Below are positions 30,476 through 40,648 of a stretch of 64,000 bases of DNA, one piece after another. The notes under the pieces are model-generated. The model made no database searches and had not been told where the DNA came from. It was given only the letters and a program-made list of their open reading frames with translations. Source of the stretch: Chitinophaga pinensis. Lineage in GTDB: Bacteria; Bacteroidota; Bacteroidia; NS11-12g; UBA9320. The DNA lies in contig CAMDGU010000008.1 in NCBI GenBank assembly GCA_945897885.1, positions 817-64,816 of the forward strand, given 5' to 3'. A program made the translations under genes and the position numbers. Within the stretch, counting starts at the first letter, position 1. Every line of letters begins with the position of its first letter.

Positions 30476-30597
30476 CATTTCTCTCAAGAAAACCTTCCGA
30501 AATTATTGAAAGTCTTTTAATCGTTCGGAGTCGCGGAAGGGCCTTCTTGATTTAAATAGCTTGAGGGAATGCACCTCTTCAGGATTACAGAAGAGGT
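30476..30597 (+). ncRNA. Candidate structured cis-regulatory leader RNA
   Basis: Nested stems CTCTCAAG/CTTGAGGG and CCTTCCG/CGGAAGG; alternative stems TCCGAA/TTCGGA and TCAAGAA/TTCTTGA; 3' hairpin ACCTCTTC/GAAGAGGT. Confidence 0.45.
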
Positions 30598-30649
30598 TAA
30601 TTAATAAATGTTTTACTACCGGATTAACATTGTAAAAAAATAAAATACC

Positions 30650-33600
30650 ATGAAAAAATTTATCCTAATCTTAGTTTTTCTTTCAATTTTTACAGCAATT
30701 CAAGCCCAAACCTATAGAAACATGGAATGGGTAAAAAATTATGGATCACCTGATAGTATTGAATGGTCGGCCACTACTAAGGATGTTTATTGGAATGTTA
30801 TAACAATTGGTAACACACAAGTAACAGGAGAAAAAACAAATATCCTTGTTACAAAATTTGATGATTCTGGCAGTATAATTTGGCAAACTGACTGGAATGG
30901 TCCGATGAACGGATTTGATTATGGGGCTGATGTTATATGTGATGCAATAGGCAATATATATGCTGTAGGGGCAAGTCATTACAACAACGACACCACTTTT
31001 GACATAACAATAATTAAATATGATGAGTACGGAAATATAGAATGGGAAACTAACTATGACGCTGGAAAGAACGATTATCCAACTAAGATAACAAACGATA
31101 TGTATGGTAATATTTATATTACAGGTACAAGTGAAGGAGATAGCACCGAACTGGATTTTATAACTTTAAAAATTGATAATATTGATGGTGCACTTGTATG
31201 GGCTTCTCGCTATGACTATAATAATCATATGGATATCGCAGGAGACATAGTAACCGACCCTTCAGGTTCATTAACAGCTATAACAGGAGGGAGTGAGGAT
31301 TCTATAGGTATTTGGGATTATACCACTATTATTTATGATGTGGATGGAAATCAGACAGAAGTAAATAGGGCTTCTGCTAGCGGCAGCGATATAAATAAAC
31401 CTAGAGACTTAGTAAAAGATAATCAAGGTAATTATTACTTAATAGGTGTTCATAATAATGGAAGTGATAACGACATAAAATTAATAAAATTAGATTCTTC
31501 ACTTGCTCCAGTATGGACTAGCATATACAGCAATGGCGGTGGTGGAACATATGAAGAAGGAAATACTTTAACTATAGATGACAGCGGATACGTTTATATT
31601 GGTGGATGGCAGGAAAATTTAGGTGCAGGTGAACGAAGATTTTTGGTTCTTAAATATGACAAATTTGGTAATTTAATTTGGGAACAAAGCTTATGGCCAG
31701 ATGAAAATAAACCTGTATCTGAAATTACAGAACTTAATGTAACAGGTAATAATGTAAATATAGTTGGATATTGTACCAATACCTCTAATAGTGATATAGT
31801 GACGGCTAGACTAAATGCTGATGATGGAGACTTGGATTGGATTGAAATCTGGGAAAATTACAAAGGAAGCATAGATCATCCATCAGGAATAGAACAGATA
31901 GGGCAGGATATATATGTTACAGGCCGAACAACTGATAGCGGCCATGTGCGCTGGATTGTTGTTAAATACACATTGTTTTAGAGAGACACCTCTGCTTTTA
32001 GAGATACACTTGGTAATGCCATATTTGCGAAAAACGAATTGATTGTTAGGTTTGACCATGAAGCCATAAAAATTGATGCTATTAATACCACTTCATACAA
32101 AGAAACTGAATGGGGAGATTTGAACACTTTTTTGAAAGATACTGAGGCTGATATTGTTCAGGCTAAATTGGAACAAGCCTATAATTATGAATTGGGTGGG
32201 GTAAAAGTGTATAAAATATTTAGGAATATGAGTACTTATGATACCACTACTTTATCAAGGTTGGGGGAGACTATTTCTATCCCAAAATTTTGGGCTACGT
32301 TTGTTTTATCATTCCCCGAAGGAAGTGATATTAGCGAAATAGCTGATTCACTTGACGCCTTGTTTCCTCTTGTGAAATATGCACATGCCAATCCTTCAGT
32401 AATTTCTCTCACGGCCGCAAATGATTCCATGTATCCAATACAAGCGCATTTACACCCTACAAGTAGTTATTCTTTGGGGCATATAAATGTGGAGCCTGCA
32501 TGGGCACTGACAGAGGCTCGTCCATGGATTCGTTTAGGAGTAATGGATGATGGGCTAAACTGGCGGCATAAAGATTTTGGCTATGAAACTGGAAATCCTT
32601 CAAAGTCAAGCGTAATAACTGTTAGGGATTTTATGGATAAAAGGGAAATGAAGAACGATGATTATCAAACTAGAAGTCATGGTACACCAATGGCAGGAAT
32701 ATTGGGTGCTGTAAGGAATAATGGAATAGGGATGGCAGGGATAGCAGGACGAAATGATAGTGTATCTAACACAGGAGTATCGCTGTATGGAATGAAAATA
32801 AAATATGAAATGGGAGCATGGGATCTAGTTTTTACTTATATAGCTGATGCCATTATTACATCGGCCGTATATGATTCGAATAACGACAACAAAAATGCTT
32901 ATAAATACGGATTACATATTAGTAATAATAGTTGGCGTATAGCAAACGCATTTACAGAGTTTTTTACTGATACTAATATAACATTAATGAGAGAAGCTGT
33001 ACATTTTGCCAACAGGGCTAAAGTAACCTTTGTAGCCGGGAGGGGCAATGAAGGTAATGAGCACTTAACCTATCCTGCATGTATAGATGATGAGTGGGTA
33101 ATAAGTGTAGGTGGTAGCGGCATCAATGGAGCATATAAAACTATAACAAATGGAGATGATTGGTGGGAACCAAGTTATGGATCCGAATTAGATGTGATAG
33201 CCCCAGCAACCAATGAGCTTATAAGAACTCTTGCAAATGATGGCCTATATATGTCGCAGACCGGCACCTCTAGTGCCACACCTCATGTATCAGGGGTGGC
33301 AGCCTTGCTAATGAGTTATCTTAATGATTCATTTGTAACAAGCCATAACTTGGCTCCCGAAGATGTGGAACACATTATTCAAGTTACCGCTACCGATGTA
33401 AATGATTCTGGATATGATGCAAAATCAGGTCATGGTAGAATTAATGCTGGAGCAGCCTTGCAATATGTAAACAAAGCTAACCGAAGGCTAGAACATTGGA
33501 GCAGCGACTCAATTACTCATGGAATGTTTAAAAGTCTGTATGATTCTAATCAAATTATAAGGATTAGTGAAAGGTATCAGAATGGCGAAGGTAAATGGTT

Positions 33601-34210
33601 TAAACCCGGATATTACAAGGCGAATGTTTATAAAATAAATGTTAATTTAAGTCATAGTGCTATAATGAATGTCTCAGATGATTCTATAGTGGATGTATGG
33701 ACAAGGGCAAGTTCTTCAAATTTATTGCCTTTGTATAATGCAAATAACTATTTATTGCCACATGAAAGAGTTTCATTGGATGCTGTACATACTTTATACA
33801 CAGAATTGTCTGGTTATATTTATAAAATTAGTGATACCAACGACAATTTTATAGGATGGTGGCCTTTTGATACAACCAAGCCTAGAGTTGCCAATACCAT
33901 ATTGTTTCAAAAGAAATATAAGGCATCTGCCACTATTAAAAAAAATATGGACAGGAAGAGTTCTGTAATGGTATATCCAAACCCCGGCATTGGTCAACAA
34001 ACCATAAAAATAAGAACAAACCAAGCCGAAAAACTTGATATAAAGCTATATGATGTTTCAGGAAGATTGGTGCAAAATATTTATAAAGGTAAAATATGGC
34101 CAGGAGAACAAATGTTTAATACAGATATAAGTCTTCTTTGTAACGGGGTCTATTTTTATAGTATTGACCTTGGCGAAAATCAATTACATTTTAAAATTTT
34201 AAAACAATAA
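30650..34210 (+). pseudogene. T9SS-secreted S8 subtilase with N-terminal SBBP-like beta-propeller, interrupted by an in-frame TAG (31979-31981)
   Basis: Signal peptide plus D..GNIY.TG repeats. After the TAG the frame continues RDTSAFRDTLGNAIFAKNELIVRF into S8 motifs GVMDDG, HGTPMAG, GTSSATPHV and the CTD VYPNP. Confidence 0.8.
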
Positions 34211-34211
34211 T

Positions 34212-35507
34212 ATGAAAAAAATATTCCCCATAATCCTGATTATATTAATCGGAGTTGAAGGCACACATGCTCAATCTAGAAAGTGGATGCCAATACCTCA
34301 AGAGGTCAATGATATAGTATGGGATTTTGCTATTTATAAGGGCCAACTAATAGCTGGGGGTTATTTTACTAAAGCGGGACAAACTTCCGTTAATCATATT
34401 GCAGCATGGGATGGTAATAAGTGGACTCCCTTGGGCAAAGGGTTAAGGGGGCCTTATGCCGGGGCTGAAAAAATGTATGTCCATGACTCTTTGCTTTATG
34501 TTAAAGGTTTTTTTGATTCAGCTGGCGAGGTAGCTGCCAGAGGATTAGCCGTATGGAATGGTAAAGAATGGAAGAACCTTTTAAAAAATGGCCTTATGGA
34601 TACTTTGAGAAAGGTACATTCTTTTGCAGTTTACAAGAATGAAATTTACGTAGGAGGAAATTACAGCCAAATAGGGGGTATCAAAGCAAATGGAATTGCC
34701 AAATGGGATGGAGAGAACTGGCACTCGCTTGGGACAAATAAATATACCGATGCACAAAATTTATACGTATTTGAAGAAGAATTGTATATGCTTGGCTCGA
34801 TAGATTTGGGAGGACCTTATAAAGATTATATTGCAAGGTGGGATGGGACATCATGGAAAAAGCTCTCTACAGGTGTCGGAAATCAACATAAAGGTATGAT
34901 AAATTGGAATGATAAGCTACTTATTGGTGCAAATACACCGCTTCAAATACCTCCTGTAGATTATAGAGATTTAGTCCAGTGGGATGGGGATACCATTATT
35001 AGGTTTAGCCGACAACTTATGATTAATTTGTACAATTTTAAAATTTTCGAAAATGAACTTTATTGTTTTGGTGGTGGTGGTATTATGAAATGGAATGAGG
35101 ATTCATTAAATTGGAATTATTTTGACACAGGGATTCAAAAAAGCACCATAAGGACAATGGTAGAATATGAAGGAGAATTATATTGTGGAGGTGATTTCGA
35201 TAAATTTACACAGAGCAATTGTAATTATATTGCCCGATATACTGATAAGGTTGGTATCTATCTCACTAAAGAAAAACCTATAATTGGATTGTACCCAAAT
35301 CCTGTTAAAACAATCCTTTCAATACAAGGCATAGCGATAGACTATATAGTTATTAGTAGCCTCAGTGGGCAAATTGTTATGCGTGAAGAAATAAATGGAG
35401 CTGAGAATTCAGAGATTGACTTAGGATTATTATCTAATGGCCTTTATATATTAGAATTAATAGGAAAGGATGGAAATGTTTACAGGGAGAAGATTGTTAA
35501 GAATTGA
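34212..35507 (+). CDS. T9SS type A cargo beta-propeller protein (A.WDG..W repeats)
   Basis: Repeated IAAWDGNKW / IAKWDGENW / IARWDGTSW; C-terminal LYPNPV...EKIVKN. Confidence 0.85.
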   Translation: MKKIFPIILIILIGVEGTHAQSRKWMPIPQEVNDIVWDFAIYKGQLIAGGYFTKAGQTSVNHIAAWDGNKWTPLGKGLRGPYAGAEKMYVHDSLLYVKGFFDSAGEVAARGLAVWNGKEWKNLLKNGLMDTLRKVHSFAVYKNEIYVGGNYSQIGGIKANGIAKWDGENWHSLGTNKYTDAQNLYVFEEELYMLGSIDLGGPYKDYIARWDGTSWKKLSTGVGNQHKGMINWNDKLLIGANTPLQIPPVDYRDLVQWDGDTIIRFSRQLMINLYNFKIFENELYCFGGGGIMKWNEDSLNWNYFDTGIQKSTIRTMVEYEGELYCGGDFDKFTQSNCNYIARYTDKVGIYLTKEKPIIGLYPNPVKTILSIQGIAIDYIVISSLSGQIVMREEINGAENSEIDLGLLSNGLYILELIGKDGNVYREKIVKN

Positions 35508-35666
35508 AAAAAATGATTTGAAAAAGGAACTCCTCACTCAATTTTGGAACATAAAAGATTTAGGATTCTAAAAGCATCCTTATCTTTATTTTTATCAATC
35601 ATGTAAAGACTTACCGGTTGCGGCTCAGTTGTACTTATTGACCCTTTTCCTGCTTGGCGAAAAGCA

Positions 35667-35927
35667 TTGGTAACTATCCTAAAAGTATTAAGGCAGACTG
35701 CAAAATTTAATTGGCATCTGTCGAACCTTGTAGCTTTTATAAGATTAAACCTGTTTGTTAAAATTGATCTGCAAAAATGGATGGATAAACCATTTGAAGA
35801 ACACATTGAACCACCACCTCAGTTCAACATACAGGGGGTTCTTTTTTGAAAATAGGAAAACTCATATCGCAAATGAACTAAAACCAATACCTTTGGTTCA
35901 AATTAAAAAACCTTTAGGACACTATTG
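35667..35927 (+). mobile_element. IS4-family transposase C-terminal remnant with right end
   Basis: WHLSNLVAFIRLNLFVKIDLQKWMDKPF resembles Bacteroidota IS4 C-termini; terminal IR-like GGACACTATTG at 35917-35927. Confidence 0.75.
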
Positions 35928-35954
35928 ATCTGAAATAATAATTTGAATTGAAAT

Positions 35955-38900
35955 TTATAAAATCTCAATGACCTTCCTTACCAAGCGAAATCTGCCTGTA
36001 AAATCTCTAACTTTTATTTCCAAAACATAGCTTCCCCTTTGAAGAGTTTTACCATCTTTATCTTTTCCATCAAATGGTTTTCCATTTAAGTCTGACTCAA
36101 AAATCTTTTCGCCCCAGCGGTTGTATATTCGAATTTCAGATGTTGAAATTCCTTTTGAAACAATAGTGAGTTCGTCGTTAAACCCATCATTATTGGGAGA
36201 AATAGCATTGGGAACCCACAAATAATAAATATCTCCAATAATCACATCTTTATAGAGAGTATCACTGCATCCCAATGAATTTTGGGTAACCAGCATTACT
36301 TTAAATGTACCTTGTGTTTTATATTTATGAGTTGGATTTGAATTTTTTAATTCAGTAAATAAATCTCCAAAGTTCCAGTTAAAACCGGTGTAGTTAGTTG
36401 AAAGATTGGTAAATGTTACATCAGGATTAGCTAATGTTGGTTCATCCGGAAGGAAAGAAAAATCACTGCTTGGTAATTCTATCACGGTGATATATGCTTT
36501 TTTAGTAGCCGAATTAATACAACCGCTAGGTGATGTTGCATTTAGAATTACATCAAAAATTCCCGCTGTTTTGTAAATGTATTTTGGTGATGGCAGCGTG
36601 CTTTGGTCTATGGCATTAAATTTCCAATCATAACTTAAAGCTCCCGTTGTGAGGTTTGTAAATTGAACCTCATCATTGCGACAAATAAGTAGCTTATCTG
36701 AATTAAAATCTACTGCAGGCATACTGTTCACAACAATAGAATGCAAAGTACTGTCTTCATTAGAGCAATAATCTTTTAAATTTATTTTAAAGTTACTTGT
36801 TACTATCGGCTTAAGAAAAATGGACGAATTTGTGGTTTGGACTCCATTAATAAACCATTTGTATTTTGAGGGCACCCCTCCGCTAAAATTAAGATTTAGT
36901 TGAGAAGAATCGCCAAAGCAGAAGCTCGTTTTTGAGAGAGTAGTTGTTAGTTTAAGAGGGGCCAAAACAGTAACCTTAATTGACATTGTATCATCACTGG
37001 TTGTGCAATTGTCTTTTAATGTAAGCAAATACCTTGTTGTACTTACAGGAGATACAGATTGGTTTTTATTACTAATTAATCCATTATCCCAAATAAATTG
37101 ATATTGCAATGTTTTGCCTCCTGATGCATTTGGTTTTAAAACTGCATTACCGCCATAACAAATAGTTGTATCCCTTAATCCCGAAATATTTAAAGGATTT
37201 AAAACATTCACTAAAATAGAATCTTTAGCATTGGTTGAACAATTATCAGAAAGGGTTAAGGTATATTTAGTTTGAGTTGTAGGATTAACCGAGTTGGTTT
37301 TAGTAGCAGAAAGTCCCTGGGTCCAGCTGTATTTATAGTTAGCAATATCACCTCCACCGGTTGTAGCTTTCAATAAAACAGATGTGCCATTACAAATGGT
37401 GGTATCATTATTTAAGGAAAGGGTAAGAGGTAATCGCACTTTTACAAAAACTGAATCCTTTGCCGGTTTTACAGTGCAGCCATCGGTAAGAGTTACTTTT
37501 ATCCAGGTATTAACATTTAAATTAATGGTTTTGGGAATTCCAGTTCCTAATCCACTATTCCAGGTATAGGTATAATTGCTGGTTTTTCCACCCGTACCAT
37601 TAGCATTTAAATTTACTGTTTTATTAAAGCAAATTAGGGTATCATTGGTTAAAAGATCTGTTTTAAGAGTATCGCGGACAGTTATGTTTATGTAAGCAGT
37701 GTCGTTCAATAGCGTGCAGCCATCCGAAAGTATAACCTGATATTGAGTTGTTACTTTTGGTTTAACAATATGGCTACTAGCATTTCCTAATCCATTGTTC
37801 CAAGTAAATTGGTAGGTTGAACTTTGACCGCCAGAGGCAAATGCATTTAAGGCAACTGATTGACCAACACATATGGTCGAATCTTTAGGCAGGGTAGCAG
37901 AAAGAGAATCTCTAACGATAACTAATACCTGCGATGAATCAACTGATTTGGTACATACATCTGTTAAATAGACTTTGTAAACTTTAGAAACAACAGGAGC
38001 TACTGTTATTGAATCGTTGGTCGATATAGCTTTCCACAAGTAGGCATAATCTTTAAAATAACCTCCGGTGCCTTGGGCATGTAAAACAACGGAATTGCCA
38101 ATACAAATGGTGGTATCTTTAAAAGCAGTTAAGTCAATGGGCTGCTTGTAAGCTCTATAAGACATTTTAAAACCGCGACCCGTTACAAAAGGATCTGAAC
38201 GATGACGAAGCGTTATCAAACTTCCTGAAATTTTAAAGCTTTTGCCTGCAAATGGCAACGTGCTGCCGGTAAATCCCCCAATTTTGGTACCTCCCGGATA
38301 TTGACCTTGATAAATATACAGGCTATCGTATTTGTCCTCATAGTCAAAATCATAAAATTTAATCACTATGGAATCGGATCCCGGAACTCCTATTTTCAAG
38401 AAGTTGTTATTTGATTGCTTATAAAATCCTTCTCCACCATCGTCATATACAAATGCCATGCATTTACTTGTGCTGTCGGTTCCGCTTTGTGGCATAATCA
38501 CAGAATTACAGATGTCAAAAGTGGAATCAATTTTAACATAAGCGGCTTTTGTCATACTATCACTCTTATTAAGAAAACAGCTCTTTGCAACTAATTTAAT
38601 TGAATAAGTGCCAAATGAAGAATACGTATATCCGGGGCTATATGAGGTTGAGGCAGACCCATCACCAAAATACCATTTAACTGATGCGGCGTTTGTACAT
38701 AAATTTTTAAAGGTTACAACCTTGGAAGGACTGCAAACAACAGTATCGGCAGAAAAATTAGCTTTTACATATCCACTATCATACTTGGCTCCAACATTGC
38801 AAGCATACCAAGCATTGGTTACAGCTATTACCTCTTTACTGCAGTTGCCATATAAATCTACTGCGGCTCTGATAGAGTAAAATCTTGCATCGGCATATTT

Positions 38901-40460
38901 TGAGGAGGAGGTTAAGTAAACCGTTAAATTTCTGTAAGCTATTTTTTCTGCTTTAATTATTCCTAAACTATCCACTTTGAAGGTATTTGAAACATCATTT
39001 ACACCTGTTCCTCCTTCGGTAATTAAATAATACCACCAGTTTTGAACCCCACTATTTATATGAACCCCACCATTATCTCCGGCCCCACCATACCAATTAG
39101 TACTTTTATAACATCTCGGGTGGTTTTTTAATTTTGGATTTAGCATGCTACGCAATCCAGTGCCTCCGGTGGTAATATCTTCCCCAATTTTCCAGTCATA
39201 TTGTGCAGGTCGTCCATAGCGTTCTATGGTATTTCCAAAAATATCACTGAAGGATTCATTTAAAGCGCCTGATTCATAACTATAAACCAAATTGGCACTG
39301 TTTGTTGTTACTGCATGAGTTATTTCATGCCCGCAAACATCAATTGCCGTTAAAGGTTTAAAAGTGTTGCCATCACCATAAGTCATGCACACCCCATTCC
39401 AAAATGCATTGTCGTAATTATTTGAATAATGCACAAAACTGTAAATTCGGGCATTGTTGTTGTTATAACTTTTCCGATTGTGAACGTTGAAATAGTAATC
39501 GTAGGTAACCTCGGCCCCCCAATGGGCATCAGTAGCAACTTCATCTTTTTTGGCATTTACGTTATTCCAAACATTATTAGAATCTAAGAAATCAACAGCA
39601 GCAGCATAACTCGTTCCATTTTGCAGGTTCAAAGTATAAATTCCGTTTCCTTTTGTATTTTCAATAAGTCTAAATTTATTAGGGTTTATGCTATCTGTAA
39701 TAATATTTCTAGTTCCGCTGTATTTTGTTATTGCTTTACCTGGCACATCGGTGGTGTGAAGTAAATTTTCGCGAGCAATTATGCTGCCGTTAATAGCGCT
39801 TACATAAATATTTTCGCCTAATAAAGGTTCTTGGGCATGAATGGTAAACTTGTAGGTTAAGGAAAATTGGGGGTTATCAAAATCTAGATTTTTTGGGCAA
39901 AACATTAAGTCTCCTTTGGGAAACCATGTTGCATTTTTATCGTCCTTAATTATTTTTATTAACTCTTCTTCTTCCTTAAATTGCCATTTATAGCTAATAG
40001 CACCAACGGTTTCGATAACTTTTGCCAAGCAACTGTTTTCAGTTAAAAGAGTTGTATTTGATTTTTCGTTTACATCAAAAACTTCTCCGTTAAAAGAATG
40101 TAATCGATTGTTTTTTATGTGGGCAATGACTATTCCTCCTAAAATTGGAACATTATTAAAAGTTTGCTGAAAACGCAAATGGTCAAAACCTAATTCATCA
40201 TGTTCTTCTTTTGTTAGTTGCAGATTGTACAAACTTGAAAATCCTAAAACCTTTGTTAAATAAGGAAGAGTTTGTTCTTTGGTTATTACCAAGGTATTAC
40301 CTAATAACGCATATTTTATTTTTCCGGTAGTTTCATTGAGTCTTAAAATTTCGGACCCCGGAAGTTTTCTATCCGCTTCAGCTCCTTCAAAAATTTGAGC
40401 TTTGATATGCTGAATTAAAAATAAAAACAGAAATACTGAAAGTAGTTTTTTAGCCATCAT
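35955..40460 (-). CDS. M4 (thermolysin-like) metallopeptidase with propeptide, PKD, CUB-like and Ig-like repeats and T9SS type B CTD
   Basis: NAFWNG, GHEITH, GALNESFSD, GGVHINSG; W.FGDG PKD motifs; VPNAISPNNDGFND...IYNRWGE. Confidence 0.92.
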   Translation of the reverse strand: MMAKKLLSVFLFLFLIQHIKAQIFEGAEADRKLPGSEILRLNETTGKIKYALLGNTLVITKEQTLPYLTKVLGFSSLYNLQLTKEEHDELGFDHLRFQQTFNNVPILGGIVIAHIKNNRLHSFNGEVFDVNEKSNTTLLTENSCLAKVIETVGAISYKWQFKEEEELIKIIKDDKNATWFPKGDLMFCPKNLDFDNPQFSLTYKFTIHAQEPLLGENIYVSAINGSIIARENLLHTTDVPGKAITKYSGTRNIITDSINPNKFRLIENTKGNGIYTLNLQNGTSYAAAVDFLDSNNVWNNVNAKKDEVATDAHWGAEVTYDYYFNVHNRKSYNNNNARIYSFVHYSNNYDNAFWNGVCMTYGDGNTFKPLTAIDVCGHEITHAVTTNSANLVYSYESGALNESFSDIFGNTIERYGRPAQYDWKIGEDITTGGTGLRSMLNPKLKNHPRCYKSTNWYGGAGDNGGVHINSGVQNWWYYLITEGGTGVNDVSNTFKVDSLGIIKAEKIAYRNLTVYLTSSSKYADARFYSIRAAVDLYGNCSKEVIAVTNAWYACNVGAKYDSGYVKANFSADTVVCSPSKVVTFKNLCTNAASVKWYFGDGSASTSYSPGYTYSSFGTYSIKLVAKSCFLNKSDSMTKAAYVKIDSTFDICNSVIMPQSGTDSTSKCMAFVYDDGGEGFYKQSNNNFLKIGVPGSDSIVIKFYDFDYEDKYDSLYIYQGQYPGGTKIGGFTGSTLPFAGKSFKISGSLITLRHRSDPFVTGRGFKMSYRAYKQPIDLTAFKDTTICIGNSVVLHAQGTGGYFKDYAYLWKAISTNDSITVAPVVSKVYKVYLTDVCTKSVDSSQVLVIVRDSLSATLPKDSTICVGQSVALNAFASGGQSSTYQFTWNNGLGNASSHIVKPKVTTQYQVILSDGCTLLNDTAYINITVRDTLKTDLLTNDTLICFNKTVNLNANGTGGKTSNYTYTWNSGLGTGIPKTINLNVNTWIKVTLTDGCTVKPAKDSVFVKVRLPLTLSLNNDTTICNGTSVLLKATTGGGDIANYKYSWTQGLSATKTNSVNPTTQTKYTLTLSDNCSTNAKDSILVNVLNPLNISGLRDTTICYGGNAVLKPNASGGKTLQYQFIWDNGLISNKNQSVSPVSTTRYLLTLKDNCTTSDDTMSIKVTVLAPLKLTTTLSKTSFCFGDSSQLNLNFSGGVPSKYKWFINGVQTTNSSIFLKPIVTSNFKINLKDYCSNEDSTLHSIVVNSMPAVDFNSDKLLICRNDEVQFTNLTTGALSYDWKFNAIDQSTLPSPKYIYKTAGIFDVILNATSPSGCINSATKKAYITVIELPSSDFSFLPDEPTLANPDVTFTNLSTNYTGFNWNFGDLFTELKNSNPTHKYKTQGTFKVMLVTQNSLGCSDTLYKDVIIGDIYYLWVPNAISPNNDGFNDELTIVSKGISTSEIRIYNRWGEKIFESDLNGKPFDGKDKDGKTLQRGSYVLEIKVRDFTGRFRLVRKVIEIL

Positions 40461-40648
40461 TACATGTGATTATTACTCCAAATGAAACGCAATTTAATAA
40501 TAAATATTTATATTTTAGTGTTTTAAGTAGTTTTTACTCCACCCAAGAGTTTTGTAGAGAGAATTCAACAAATAGTGGCACTAAAATTATTATCTAAACC
40601 AATCCTAACAATTCTATAGTTTTGCAAACCAACCACCATTTGCCGTTT

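Noticed and set aside
35534-35806. 90-aa minus-strand ORF
   Set aside because: Chimera of antisense IS4 remnant and an unidentified gene end
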